From contig NC_087245.1 in assembly GCF_037042905.1 (NCBI RefSeq), positions 744,001 to 808,000 on the forward strand: 64,000 bases of DNA, given 5' to 3'. This stretch comes from Lytechinus pictus. Taxonomy: Eukaryota. Under the pieces are notes generated by a model. The model made no database searches and was not told the DNA's origin. It was given only the letters and a program-made list of their open reading frames with translations. The stretch's first letter is position 1; each line of letters begins with the position of its first letter. Both the position numbers and the translations under genes were made by a program. Shown piece by piece: positions 38,508 through 53,000 of the stretch.

Positions 38508-40872
38508 ATATGTCACGTACGACACGTAACATTAACCTCTAATTCATTCATTGATGAAATATTCTTGATTGTCACTTTTTACATGACTCCCCAGTAGTAC
38601 TTTGATATAGCCACTAAACAAATTGAATTTCCTTGTTTGTTTGGACAGCAGCTTGAAAAATGTTGTGAAAATGGCTGATTTTTCTTGCATGGAATCGCCC
38701 TTTTGTCGTCAAAACAGCGAGGGTGCGAAGCGAGTACGTGATACGTTATACAATCTGGAAGAAAAAATCAAATGAAGCATAATTATGCTTGACATAAGCC
38801 TCCAGGGTCGTAGCTAGGGGATGTATGGGGGTGTGACACCCCTCCCCCAACATTTATGGCAGTCGGCAAATTCATATACCCTGCAGTTGGCAAAATGGAG
38901 GATATGAGAGTAAAAGAAAAAGAGAGAAAGAAAGGGGAGAGAGAAAACAGAGAAAGAAAGAAAGAAAGGAAGGAAGGAAGGAAGAAAGAAAAAAAGAAAG
39001 GAAGGAAGGGAGCAAGGAAGAAAGAAAGAAAGAAAGGAAGAAAGAAAGAAAGAAAGGAAGGAAGAAAGAAAGGAAGCAAGGAAGGAAGAAAGAAATGAGA
39101 ATAAATAGATGTGATTCTCTGGGTGGGGTGCATTTTCAGCGCCTTCACCGCTTTAAAAAACTTTCCGCCCTTGATACAGTTTTTTTTAATAATGTTTTCC
39201 TTGTGGTTCCTACGTACTGTCCAGGTGAAATGAATGGGAAGAAATTCCTGGAATGCCAGAGCGCCTGTCAGTAGCAAGGCTAATAGCCGGGGTAATAATA
39301 GAAGTGAATTGTCAGGATTGTAGGCTTATCCTCTGGAAAAAAGCGCTTAAAAAATAATGGTCGCAATCAGGACAAAAGAAATCCTTAGCCAAGGTTTAGT
39401 TATATCCCCGTATGTCCTAAGCTATAAGTAAAGCTTTACACCTACTAGATTTACCGTATAAAGCCTTTTCATGTTTACTTTGGCTAAATATCCAAAGTTA
39501 CTATCACATAATTAGAATTTCATTTCAAAAGGCCAAAATTTTATGTTGTGTTGCCTCAAAATAGTTCGTTTATTATCCGCAACCGCTTTGAAGCTATGTG
39601 TTGTGTATGTACCCGCGCTTCCTTAAAAAAAATGGCCATCTGCAATGTTTAAAAATATCTCGATGTTCCGGGGGATCCGCCCCGGACCAGTGATGGCACC
39701 GAGAGGGGGGGGGGGGACACGGGGCATTTGCCCCCCGAAATTTTGAAAAATAAAAAATATATGCATCCTACTCAGGCTGCAAAGTACTCAAAAACAGCTT
39801 TTTCGTTAATTCTTTAAATTCTGAAAATTTTCTCATCCATTCACTGTTAGCTCCCAGCAATTTTTGTCAACATAAATCTTTCAGGTCATTATATAAAACT
39901 AAAAATTTCGTTCTCGCTACGCCCTCGCAGTAACTGTTGACTGAGATAACTAAATTATCTGTTCACATGGGGCCTAAAAATCCCGGTGTAAAAGTCAATA
40001 TGCTTCTCGCGATTAGAGTTTTCATCATTCGTTTTAGCGAGATACACATCCTGCGTATTCATAATTTTCATAAATCAAAAATTGCAGCTTGCGCATTTTG
40101 TTTAGTTAGATAGCTGTCCAGTTCATGATAACAAAAAATGCTTAGATAGTCCAATTATCATCTCAGGATATCAAAAAATTTCAGCTCGCGCTTCGCGCTC
40201 GCATTGTTTATTTGGTGAGATATCATCTTCATGATCCAATGCAAACAGCTAGTCCTTATAACAGGTCCCTTTTCAAGTCAGTAGTGCCTACATTAAAAAC
40301 ATTAAACTCACGCTTCTCGCTCGATTTTGTGAAATAGGCAAAAAAATTGTGTTGGCCACCAAAAAAAAATTATTTTGCCTCCCCTAGGTTAAAAATCCTG
40401 ATGCCGACAGTGCCTCGGACTCAATCTGCATAGCACTGGCCCCCAAAAATACTACAACCTAGAACAAAAAAGAACAGATGAAAGGAAAGGAATTTAAGGA
40501 AGAAGTAAAAAATGATGTTATTTTCAGAATACCTTGTCAAAATCAATCTCAAAGTTATAGAATCTCTTGAAAAGGTGATTTTTTTTCTCGCTCGATTCGC
40601 TCGGTCGGGACTTATATTAAGCAACTTTTTGCCGCGCGCGCCATGCTGTGCCCCCTCTTATTTGTATATACTTATCACGCATTGAGCTTGGCTCTAATGC
40701 TCGGGCACAATCATAAAAAAAATCCTGTTCATACCATGATATGACCGGGAAATCTTTGGTTTTTGCCCCCCCCCCCCCCTGGCCACCGACCCCTGTTACG
40801 CCACTGATGGAGGATAACAGTTTATACAAAAAGACAACATATCAAAATCAAACTTTTCATGCAGAGATCAAA

Positions 40873-41444
40873 TTAAAGGGATGGTCCGGGCTGATAATAT
40901 TTATATCTAAATAGATAGAGTAAAATTCACAAAGCAAAATGCTTAAAATTTCATCGAAATTGGATAACAAATAACGAAGTTATTGAATTTTAAAGTTTAT
41001 AAATATTTTGTCGACAGTTATGCGCACATCGTCATGAATATTCATCAGGTGGGATGATGATGTCACATCCTCACTTTCATTTTTCTTATGTTATTACATG
41101 AAATCATTAATGCTTCATTATTTCATATATGTGTAAATGATGTGACCCCATTATGATAAAATAAGTTGCGGCAATGAATAACTAATGCACTTACTCAGTT
41201 GTCAATCCAAATGTTTTAGTTCTTGGTATAATAAATTTTGAATAAACCTAATTTCATATAATAAAATACAAAAGAACAAGTGGGAATATGACATCATCAG
41301 CCCACCTAATGAATATTCATAAAGGCATGCCTAGAACTGTTTCACCGGAATACTGCAAATCTTTAAAATTCAATAAATTTGTTACTTTGTGAATTTAACT
41401 CTATTTATTGAGATAAATACCTCCAGCCTAGACTATCCCCTTAA
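40873..41444. mobile_element. Kolobok-type MITE
   Basis: TTAA-AGGGATGGTCCGGGCTG ... CAGCCTAGACTATCCCC-TTAA. Confidence 0.7.
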
Positions 41445-44400
41445 TACATCAGTCATACATTTGCTCTTAGGCGGTCGTACGGCCAGTTGAAAACAACCGT
41501 TTTAACATTTTTTTTGTAATATCGACATAAGGTGGTTTGAATATAAATGAATAAAACGGCTGTTTTCGACTAACAAAAGAATCATGCACATCAGGGCTGT
41601 CACCGAGGCCAATACTTCTAGTCATGAGGCCGCTGGATGAAACCTTTCCCATCATGAGACTTTGCACACGTTACTCGGCCTGAGACGGCCGGAAAAATAG
41701 CGGCAGCCCTGATGGGCACACCAATTGCCTCTTGCATACCAAGGATCCTACATGTTCATACTGAGCTCTGTACGTAAAACATGCATAAGAGCTACCAGGT
41801 CTCTCCTTAGACATGTTATTAGAGGGGGCTCATGTTGTTCAGCGTCAACTCCAACGTGTCCCCAACAACTGTGGATAACACTGAATGACTGATTTATTTC
41901 AAACCTACAACAATACAGTGATATGGTGATAGGGAACTTCTTGATACATGGCCCTCTCTAATATACAAGACGATATCACACTATAAACCATCACAAATAT
42001 CAATGATAAAAAAGGAAGGCGTATTATATCACAAAGGTACATCTGGCAGCGAGAGAGAGAGAGGGGGCGGGTGAAGGGTGGAGATGGGGGGTAGTTATTT
42101 TTTGGACAAAGAAATAGGTTTTGTCAATTCTCATATCCTATATAGCTTATAAAAATATGAAGAGTTCGACTCGAAAATTGTAACTCCTAGATACAACGTA
42201 TTTTACACACGACACTAAGACATAAGCCAATAATTTTGAACAATTAAGATAAAGGCTTCGTGCAAATCTTGCCCCACCTTATATCTACTCCACTATACAA
42301 GTCATATTCCATTATAGACAGAAACAAGGAATAGTAAGCAATACTATCTTCTTCCACTTATTCTTCTTGGAGTCAATTTTACATGTGGGCTCGTTGAAAG
42401 GTATATATTTTTCAAATATGGCAGAAACAAATGAAAACGGGTAAGTCCATTATAATGATGATTTTTTTCTTCCTTATTTTTCTGAATTCTTCAAATCTCT
42501 TTGTTTTAACAATTTTTAATGTCTTATTAATCTTGTCAATGAATAAAAGTTGTTCATGCATGTATGAAATTGATTTTAGATAACCTATGAAAAGAACAAG
42601 CAAGTGCATCATTCAGCACAACATTTTAAACTTTTTTTTCATTCTCGGAACCCTTTCTATAATACCTATGAAAAATACGTCACCCCAAAACCTATTAAAA
42701 TACAGCAGTGTTATTATATGAGCAACATCGGGTTGGAGGTCGATAACATTTGGCTTCTACTTTATTAAAAAAATAATAATAATTGCTACTACTCAAATAT
42801 GCAAAAAAAAAAGTACAATTAAGACAATAAAATACAAAAGAAATAATGATGAGTGACACCATCGAATCTCATATTTTCTTCATATAAGTGTTTGTGAAAA
42901 TTATCTAAAAAAATAAAATATCATGAATTTCTTATTTTGCATCCGATTTCGATAAATATTTTTGCTTTATGCTTATTTGATTTATCTTTTTGTATTAGAA
43001 TTAACTTTTTGTTGGGTTGGTCCAGGGGATCTAGATTTTGCCAATAGCGGGACCGAAAAAATGTTTTCATCCACATTTTCCCCAATTAGCCGTTGAAAGC
43101 TGATTTTTGTTGGTTTCTTTGAAGGGGTAGTCCTAATAGTTACTCCATAGCTTTATTCTTATAACAAGATAAATCTCATAACCCCTAATTCATTCATGCA
43201 TTTGAATTTTGTATGAAAATTGAACATTTTGAGCAACGTTTGTGATCATGAAGAAGATTACTGTGATCGCGAAGCGCGAGCTAATTTTTTTTATTTCTGA
43301 TCGAAAAGGGACCTGTAAAAGACTATTTGCAGTTACCCTTAAAGGCGAAACTTATTTCAACAATCAAACAACGCGAGCGCGAAGAGCGAGATGATTTTTT
43401 TTTATATCACGACCTGAAATTTATTGATATTCCGATCTGAACAAGAGTCATACTATTTCAGGCACTATATGTAGGAAAAATTGTGAAGAGGATACGGGTC
43501 TCACGTAATAAAGAATGTGAGCTCGAAGTGCGAGCTGATTTTTTTTTTTACCTAGTCATCAAATGAAAGTTATGACTATCTCACTATTCCTCTTTTCTAA
43601 GCGCGAGCTGAAATTGGGACAATCTAAAGATTAGGAATTTATTAAAAGGATATTTTCACATTTAATAATCTAATAGGCCTAATGAGAGCGCGAAATTTGT
43701 TAATATCAAGGCATGAAAACTGGTCATTTTAAGCACTTTCGTAAAATTATGAAAAAGATATATTTTCAAAATTAATGCAAGCGCAGGATATGTATCTCAT
43801 TGCACAGGCAATACGAGCGAAAATTTTATATAGTGACATGAAATATTTTCCAAGTGTGCCCCTCACCTGATATCATTCACTCATCTTCCTCCTCTTTTTA
43901 CTCTTTCTTTTTATATCTTCCCTCTTCTTCGTTATTCTTTTTGCGCCCACAATAGAGAAGGAGGGGGCGGGGTGCGGTCCCTGTAGCCCCCTGGATCCGC
44001 TTATTTGGTCAACTGAACTAACTTTATATTCTCGTGATTATTCCTCTGTTCAACCATGTATGAAGTCTCTCATTTCATTATTGCACATTTTACCAACCTT
44101 TTCCATACCAAATATAGCAGATCGAGTAATCTTTCTTTCACCTGGTTCGTGGTTTATCTTTCAATGTGATCAATCAGGTGTACGCGTTTGTTTTTGAGCC
44201 ACACTTTATGAACTTTAATCTTACTATAATACAGGCGAGTGTTTCATAAAGCTGTTCGTAAGTTACGAGCGACTTTAAGAATGACTGGTATTTTTTTTTA
44301 TTTTTTTTAATGACTGGTATTTTGATATTCAGATCAGAAAAATGATTTTTTAACGATTTTATGAATAGCACTCATATCTCACCAATCCACTTATGCGAAC

Positions 44401-45625
44401 GTAAGCGGTCTGGAAATGTTTTATATTTAGACCTTGAAAGGGGCAATCATTTTTAGTAGTCATGAAAAAGAAGCACATGTCACGACAGAAATCAATAATA
44501 CCTCGAAGTGCGAGGATATATATTTGGTGTATATTGACTTGAAAACGTGATTTTTGTAGTCCAGCATGATTATATATCTCATTGAACAGACAATGCGAAC
44601 ACCAGGAATGATGAACACATAGGCCCTAAGCAATAATGTTTTATAAAGTTATGAAAAACAATTCTGATGCAATATAATATAACACATCACTTGATATAAT
44701 ATAACATCATATAATATAATATCCAATAATTTCTTCGTCCCCCACTACGTTTCGCTTCCTTTTCCCCTCTTTTTTTCCTTTTCTCCCGTTTTTTCCCCCA
44801 GCCGATTGGGGGCACGTGCCCGCCCGTGCCCCCCGTAGTTACACCATTGCTGGAAAAGTACAAATAAATCCTGTATTAAAACCAGGGAATCACCATGGAT
44901 TCTCATTTTTAAGTATCAATATTGTGTACTGCGTTTAGCATTGCCATGGACCTACTGGTCCATGGCATTGGGGATGAGTGATACAGCCAACTTTCATGGG
45001 AAAACTGACAATTGTAGTGGCAGAATTTGAACATGTTTTGGGCGATTCCATGCGTCTCGTACGGGACATTTCAACAACATTTTCTAATCTCTCAGCTGAA
45101 TGCTTGAGCAATATATTTTTTTCAATAACAAAGTCATAGCGGGTATTCATGTGAAAAACTAGCCAACTAAACATGTTTGATTATGGGTTATTGAAAGGTG
45201 AAAATGTTGTGTGTCGTGCGGGAATCAGATGTCACGTACGACACGAAACATTTTCACCTCTAATTCATCCATGGATTAACTTTTGTTGATTGTCACTTTT
45301 TACTTGACTCCCCATGCAGCACTTTACCACTAAACAAATTGAATTTCCTTGTTTGTTTGGACAGCAGCTAGAAAAATGTTGTGAAAATGGCTGATTTTTC
45401 TTGCATGGAATCCCCATGGAATCGCCCCTTTGTCGTCATATTGGTGCGAAGCGAGTGCGTGAGACGTTATACAATCTGGAAGAAAAAAACAAATGAAGCA
45501 TAATTATGCTTGACATAAGCCCACAGGGCCGTAGCTAGGGGTGTGGGGGTGTGACGCCACCCCCAACATTTATGGCAGTCGGTAAATTCATATACCAGTT
45601 GGCAAAATGGAGGATAGGAGAGAGA
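41235..45625 (+). repeat. Segmental duplication copy B
   Basis: See copy A; lacks A's SINE, MITE and ISL2EU-like insertions and carries its own ~43020-44005 insertion. Confidence 0.9.
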
Positions 45626-48600
45626 AAGAAAGAGAGAGAAAAAAAAGAGAAAGAAAGAAAGAAAGAAAAAAGGAAGGAAAATAAACAGCCTGATAGAAGT
45701 ACTACCTTCGAAGGAAGGTTACACAATGTAGACTTATAGAGTAAAGACTACCAGTTGGCAAATCCAAGTCCATGTAGGCAGGCTTAGGGCCACACCAGTC
45801 AACAAAAGACAAAACAAATGGAGCTATAAAATAAAAAGTAAGCCAAAAAAGCTTATGAGTTTGCAAATTATACCACAGTTATTGACAATTTAACCGAAAC
45901 ACTAGTTTTGCAAAATGAGGAGAGACAAGACCAGGTAAAGAATATTGGGTGGGGTGAATTTCCAAAGTTCAAGTTAAATCATTGAAGCCATAGTATAGTT
46001 GGCAAGTTATGTAGTAGGCCCATTAAATTGGCAAAACACTATACACTGTGAGAAATATATACAGTGCGTCCCACAAAAAACGAAACCGAGATTTATTGAT
46101 GATTTATCATAACTTAATCACAAATACAATAGACAAATGACCTACCATTGTAAAGCCTAGAATTTTGTCTTTCATCTGAAATTACCTAGATTATTTCTCA
46201 TTCACGCATGAGTGAGTAAAAACAATTTGAAAAGGAGATACCAAAAAGTAAAAAAAAAATTATCTGCCCTGGTTCATTGTGAATAGTTACTGTTAATATT
46301 GTTTGACTGTGATCCTGAAAGGTGAAACAGGTTTGCAGGGGCGGTGGAACCGGGGGAGCAGGGGGTCACTTGCTCCCCAAAATTCCTCGTAGGAAAAATG
46401 CCTTTTCTAAATGGAAAGTGCATTTTTTTCAAAATGAAATGTGAACTTTTTAAGAATGAAATAAATAAATAATATAGGATTTCTATAGCGCATATATCCA
46501 CCTTGCTAGGTGCTCAAGGCGCTCCTATATTACCCCGGCTAAGCTAGTCTACCGATCCTGGTGCGCACAGCTTTTTGAGGAAATACTTCCTGCCGGTACC
46601 CATTTACCTCACCTGGGTCGAATGCAGCACAGTGTGGATAAATTTCTTGCAAATTTTGACATATAAGTGTCTATATTGGGCTTAGCCTCCCCCCCCCCAA
46701 AAAAAAAAAAAGAGAAAACGAAAAGACATGCATTCTCGCCGCCCCCGTGAGTTTGAGCATTGTCAACAATGGATCAACCTGAGGAACCAACCTCAGGAAT
46801 GGAAGCGGATCAAAATTCAATGTAAAGTTTGTGGAGCCATATCTTCTGACAACAACCCGCAAGTTAGCAACTAATAAGGCACAGTAGCCTTTCTATTTTG
46901 ATCCAGAATATGTATTTTTTTACAGTGCAAATATATTTAAATCTTTGTAAAATTCACCTTAAAGTATTCATCAAAATCTGTTAGCATCTGAGGGGGGCAC
47001 ATCCCCCATCAGGCTCTATGATCAGGCTCCTGTTGCTTATGCCCTATAACCATCTGTTTTGAAATAATTACACAAATTCAATTTACTTTGTACATCGATC
47101 ATTACCATTTATTGGAATTCTCATTCCTCTGACAAACTTTCATTGAAGAAACAGCTCGTTGTCGTCGTGTTGCTCCATTATCATAATCAGAGGCCTTCAA
47201 TAAATATATATCAAGATCACAGGGTATAAATGTAAATCAATTTGGGCCTATGTAAAAAAAAAAAAAAATACCTTAATTCACTCCAAAACTGATTTTATAA
47301 CCATAATTTTCCTGTAAATGATATAACTATTTCAACACGGTTATGGAAAAAATTAATCTAATTGAAGGTATTAGCAAAAATAGAAAGATGTAATAAAGTT
47401 TAAAAAATGAGAACACGTCGTTAAAAAATCGACAGAAATATGTTAAATGAATTTGAACGTTCATAGTGCAATTGTGGGTGCCTGCATGAAGATAAAATAA
47501 AAAACGGTATTTAGGGCGAAATTAAAGGACCAGTCCCTTGGCGCAAAATCAAATGAAAAGTTTGGGTCGTTCATCTGAATGAATTTTTCTCTAATTTGAA
47601 TCTCTAAAAACATTCAAGGGAATTGGATGCAAAATAAATGAAAATTAACCATGAATGTAGAGAGTTGCAAAAACATATCGTTCGAATTTGAACTCCCATT
47701 CATTGATTTTTAATGACATTGGACTGGCAAACCAGTGACCTACTAGGTCCATGGGAAAACCAAATAATAATCCTGATGGTATCCTTCAGATCAAAGTCTT
47801 ACAAAGGTGTGTTGGTCAGGTCAATAACTTCGATTAATAAATTCAGTCAGATTTGTTCTCTTTAAATTCAAAAGGATCGTCACGGTGTTGAGCACTTATT
47901 GCCCAGGTCGCTATAGGGGCCTCATATCATACTGTGATATGCGCTATACAAAATCTGCGTATTTTTATTATCTCTATTATCATTATTACTTTTTGATTTT
48001 ATTTTTTAATACCAAAATAAGCCATTTGATAACAATTGATCTCACATTGGGGCTGCTAACTACACAAAATATTACAGCATAATAATATATTTCATAACAA
48101 ACAAACTGTAGTATTCTGGATTTTTGGGGGAAGTTGTCAGGACACTCCAGAACACAAGACACGATACGACGAGAGTTGTAGGTTGTGAGCGGAATTTAAT
48201 TTCCCACTTGAGCACAACAGTTGTTCAGTATATAACAAATTGGAAATAAAGCATTTACATGTCAAGACAGAATATATACTCTTAATATTACGAGTACACT
48301 TTTCGATCACTGAGCAGGTCACTACAATGTGTATATTTTTTTTAAAACTGATCTGCAATCATATGATTAGATATCAGTCTGCGCTCGATAATATGCGAAA
48401 AGTAATAATATTTATAACAAGTTATTAATACAACTATCGATAATTAAATAGTCACAAATATCATAGATATTATATGTTTCTAAGCTTAAATCGACCTCTT
48501 TTGCAATACTTTCTTTCATTGTAAAATATATGAATTCACAATTTATATAGCAAACTTTGGAAACATTCTTCCAAATATATCAATCTTTTATATATGTCAA

Positions 48601-49049
48601 TAAATTCAAACTTTCGTAATCGATCACAAAACACCGTTAATATACAAAACATATTTAGCCCATCTCACAATTGTGCAGTCATGGCAGTTGAAAGCGATAA
48701 TATTTTGATAGAAATTGCAAATAATTGGATGAGGTGTTTCAAATTATAAATTGTATTTGACCAACAAACGTAGAGGGCAGCAACACACGGTTTCTACGTT
48801 CGTTGCATCTGACCATAGAGATATTTATAGAGATATATATCTCTATGAAATACGTATATACTAATAATATATCTCTATGAATCTGACCGACTAGACGTCT
48901 AGTATGGTGACACATAAATATACGAAATTGGTAATCGACTCGTTGTACGAACGACTGCCAGTTTAATTGCCTCAGTAATGTTGTGTGAGGAGTATAAAGT
49001 CCGCAGTCAAAACCAAACGTGCATACATCTGTTTTGCAGACGTTGTAAT

Positions 49050-49255
49050 TTAGAAGTCAAAACATTGGTAAGATTTTCCCCATAATACCCAAACCATAAT
49101 CAATATGCGGCAATATAAGACCATTGTTAAGCATGATCAAAACCTTTCTGGGTAGATATTGTTTGATTTGTCGTAGAAATCCAATGGTCCTAGAAATTTC
49201 ATTGCATGTTTTATCAATGTGTATGTGTTGCTTGATATTCCCACTGTGTTCAATA
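49050..49255 (-). mobile_element. CR1-group RT fragment
   Basis: HIDKTCNEISRTIGFLRQIKQYLPRKVLIMLNNGLILPHIDYG. Confidence 0.75.
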
Positions 49256-49835
49256 AACATGTATTTTTTAAAAGTTCCAAGGGCGGATCCAGAGGCTGCC
49301 CCTTTAAAAGTTGAGGAAAATTATAATTTGAGGAGCCCCCCCCCCCCCCCCCCCCACCACGACGCCCCACATAATAATAGAAACGAGTTTTAATATGATA
49401 AAAAGAGAGAAAAAATTCATGATAAAAACAGAAAAAAAGAAAATGGAGCATGACATCATCAACCATCTATTACATTACTCATGACAGCAAAAATAAAATT
49501 ATTGCCAAAATTTAAAATTGAATAATTTCACTTTCTTTGTTAGATTCTCGTTAGCATTTTGCTCATTGAATTATATTCTCTTTAGATATTAATATTGTTT
49601 TCAGCCTGAAGTGTCCCTTTCATAATGCGGAGTCACTAAATAAAATCAATGAGAAAGGAGGGCTTTAATCTGTTTTAATTCGTTTGACCTAACTTAAATA
49701 ATTTTTTTCGCATATATTTTTTTATTATTCTGCTCTAGATATCACAACGATTTTTCAGTATAAAAATTGGCAGATTAAAACAGATTCATCACAATCCACA
49801 TATTTGATGATGAATTATGTTACCTCTGCAGGAAT

Positions 49836-50016
49836 ATGTTGATGTCTAGCTTGTCAGTTGATGGACATCAGAGAAGTTATGGAGCCTTGAAATCAGATGA
49901 TACAAATAAGGAGAGTCCAATAAATCCTCAGAGACAGGTCATACTCGAAGGAGCTAAATTACGTCTCATTTTCGCTCTCTCGCTTTGTACGCTCATAGTG
50001 ATCGCAGAAATAGTAG
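49836..50016 (+). CDS. SLC30A2: ZnT gene A coding exon 1 (N-terminus + TM1)
   Basis: MLMSSL...AKLRLIFALSLCTLIVIAEIVG; donor G|gtaagg at 50017. Confidence 0.85.
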
Positions 50017-53000
50017 GTAAGGACCATTTTATATTTAACTGAATTCAATACGAAGCAAATCAGCAGTACAATGTGTAATATGCCGAGGTTAAAGTTTTAT
50101 CCCCATTTAGCATGTTTAGCCAGAGTGATCCGAAATATCTCTGTCTGAAAGTCCTTTATTCCCTTCATACGGAGAGAGTTGGGGTGGAGTATACAATGTC
50201 TCATCTTGTGTATAAATGATAAATCTGAAATCATCTCAGAAATGCCTCAAGTAAAGGAGAAAAATCTGGTATGGGCTTTTCTTACATTTACATTAATATC
50301 ATAGCGCCCTCTCTCATTACTTCTACTACTAGTACTTGCTACAGAAGTCTACTATGTCTATGAATGTAAGAATGGCCCAAGTCCACATGATTCTAAAAAC
50401 GACCCAAGTCCACCAGACAAAAGGCCCCGCCCACAAGTAACGTGAACATTAATGTTCATAAAGATGTACACACACTTAAAATGTTGGGTAATGTATGTTG
50501 GTAAAAAATATATATGTATACTCTGGGCAATTATTGTCCAATAATTGAGCAAATTTATTACCCAGTTATTAGTTTTTATTACCCAATTTGGATAGATTTT
50601 AACCAATAGTTGTGTGGACAGTATGTTGCCCAGTGATGGTTAAAAATTTTGCCTTTTTTGCCCAACCTTTTTAAGAGTGCACTTAAATTTGTTTTATGAT
50701 GTTCTCTGATGTCCTTTTGGCCAAATATACTTTAATTGCCCAAATTTAAGAAATATCAATTTTTTTATTTTCTCAAAATGACCTCTTATGGACTTGAGGC
50801 TTTTTATATTCAATTAATGATTGACAGTTATACTCAATTAATGATTAATAATTATATTTGCTTATTTAGTGCTACAACTCTATGTAGTACCCAGTAGCTG
50901 TTGGATGTTCATTACCAATGTGGGTGTTCTTTCTTTTTTCCTCTTGTTTCTCTCTTTGTTTGTTTCTTTCTTTCTCTTTCTTTTTCCCCTTTCTTTCTTT
51001 CTTTCTTTCCTTTCTTTTTTTATTTCTTTCTGTCTGTCTTTCTTTCCTTTCTTTCTTTCTTTCTTTCTTTCTTTCTCTCTCTCTCTCCAGGAAGTATTTT
51101 ATCTGGAAGTTTAGCTATCCTGGCTGATGCAGGTCACCTTATCACCGATATAGTCACTTACATCATTAGTCTAACTTCTATCTGGCTTGCACAGAAACCT
51201 CCATCCAAAACCTACACCTATGGCTTGTTACGTGCTGGTCAGATATATTCCATGATTATTCATCCATTTCAAGTATATATATTTTGATAAAAGAAAATCT
51301 GCTGAACAGAAAAAGGGTTATTGTTGCCCAAGATGACTGGTCAAGGTCCGCCAACCTTAATGTTGCAGTGTGTAATATATTTGGAGAAATTGTAAACGTG
51401 AGGTAAATGCATGCTGATGCAGGCCTATATAGGAATCAATGGCCTGATCTTCTCTATATAGTCGTCTGTTTCCAAATCAATTGAACTAATATACCCGATT
51501 CTTTTTTTAACCATCGTTACTAAGATTTAATTACCTTTTTGTCTACTTGGATTAAAACAAATACTGTATTAAAATCATCCATACCCGTTACCATTTGAGC
51601 AAAAATAAGCTAAGAGCTAAATGTTACTCTCATCATTCGAATTCATAAAAGGCTATATTTATGCAATAATAGTGAAATAGCATGAAAATAGCAAACTCAG
51701 GGTTTGTAAAATGTCAGGCAGCATGTTCTCAGGAATATCCAATTAGAAAATTAATATGTTTGTTTATACTTGCTACACGATAGTAATTTTCACTGTATTT
51801 CTTTCAAGGTTAACTCAAATATGCTTGATTTTATATTTCACCGTAAAATTTGGCCTTCCTTAAAAATGCAATGTAAGTAGCAATGATATTTTCACGGATT
51901 CCCCGTAAAAATACGGTAATTTAATATACAATGAAAATCGTATATTATTGATATGATTATGCATTCTTATAGGTAAAGAGGCACTCATTAATTAACATTT
52001 GACATAAATTCTTGTTTATTTTGTATAGAGGTTGTTGGAGCTCTATTTTCGATCATCCTGTCAATCTGTCTTGCTATAGTCCTCTCATATTTTGCTACCA
52101 TGAGGATTGTCAATCGCGACTTCGACATCGATGGCGAGGTTATGCTCATTATCAGCGTCGTCAACTTCATGGGGAATATCATGTAAGAAAAAGGGTTTTT
52201 ACCCCATGTTATAATTTGATATTTGATTTCGTATCATGCATGCCAACGGGTTTTAGGTAAACAAAATGAATAAACAGATTAAATTGAAAAAAAAAACGCA
52301 AAAGATTTTAAAAATAAAAAAGAAACAGGATATTAAAAAAGGGACGAATGGAGCTTTGAGGGGTGTTGCAAAAATATTTGCGATCAATCGCAAATTTCTG
52401 CTGCTAATCTACAAGTGATAGATCAATTATAACTAAACCAAATTGATTTTTACCAATAGATGCAAGAAGCAGACTAGCAATCAAGAGTGGATTTGCAATT
52501 AATTGTCACACTTGTGACTGATTTTTGGCCTAAATTTTACTTCCAATTGATTGCAACTTTCTTGCAATGCCCTATTAGTTTGCTTTGAAGTTTGTTTTGA
52601 AGGAGATAGCTTGGTGTCAGTAAATCAATTCAGCAGTCGCCCCCCCCCCCAACTTCAATTATATATATATTTTTTTTTTTCCCTCGATAACCGCAAAAAC
52701 TTCGGCAATAATTACAAATGTATAATCATATAGTCATAAAATTTTGTGAGTTGGCGACGGAGCATGATTGCTGTAAATACCTGCTATTGTGTTTTCTAAT
52801 TATATTTTGTCAGCTCTTTTGAAAAAAAATATATCATTGATTAACACTACCAGTGTATCTGTTCATCATCATAGCCAGATATTTCAACTCCAATTCGGGT
52901 TTTGCTGTTGTACTAATCAATGTGGCGGTGCTGATGAGAGCTTGCTCCCCAGTGGTCATGGGCACAGTCATGGCTCACTACTCGGTGGTTCAGATGATAA

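Larger units (their letters stand above)
30430..38910 (+). repeat. Segmental duplication copy A
   Basis: Collinear with 41235-45625 across unique-looking sequence (e.g. 30740-32480 vs 41560-44235; 36070-37000 vs 44320-45230; 38510-38910 vs 45230-45625). Confidence 0.9.

Noticed and set aside
38783..39277. Lys/Arg/Glu-rich and Phe/Leu/Ser-rich ORFs (also 3758-4054, 45535-45739, 50869-51127)
   Set aside because: Purine/pyrimidine simple repeats with no domain signal
48985..49005. TATA box (GTATAAAG) as the ZnT promoter
   Set aside because: Plausible position, but no transcription start evidence and no confidently placed first exon
48380..50682. Metal-response elements (TGCRCNC) near the ZnT gene at ~48380 and ~50675
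   Set aside because: Two isolated degenerate 7-mers over >2 kb are within chance expectation; no cluster
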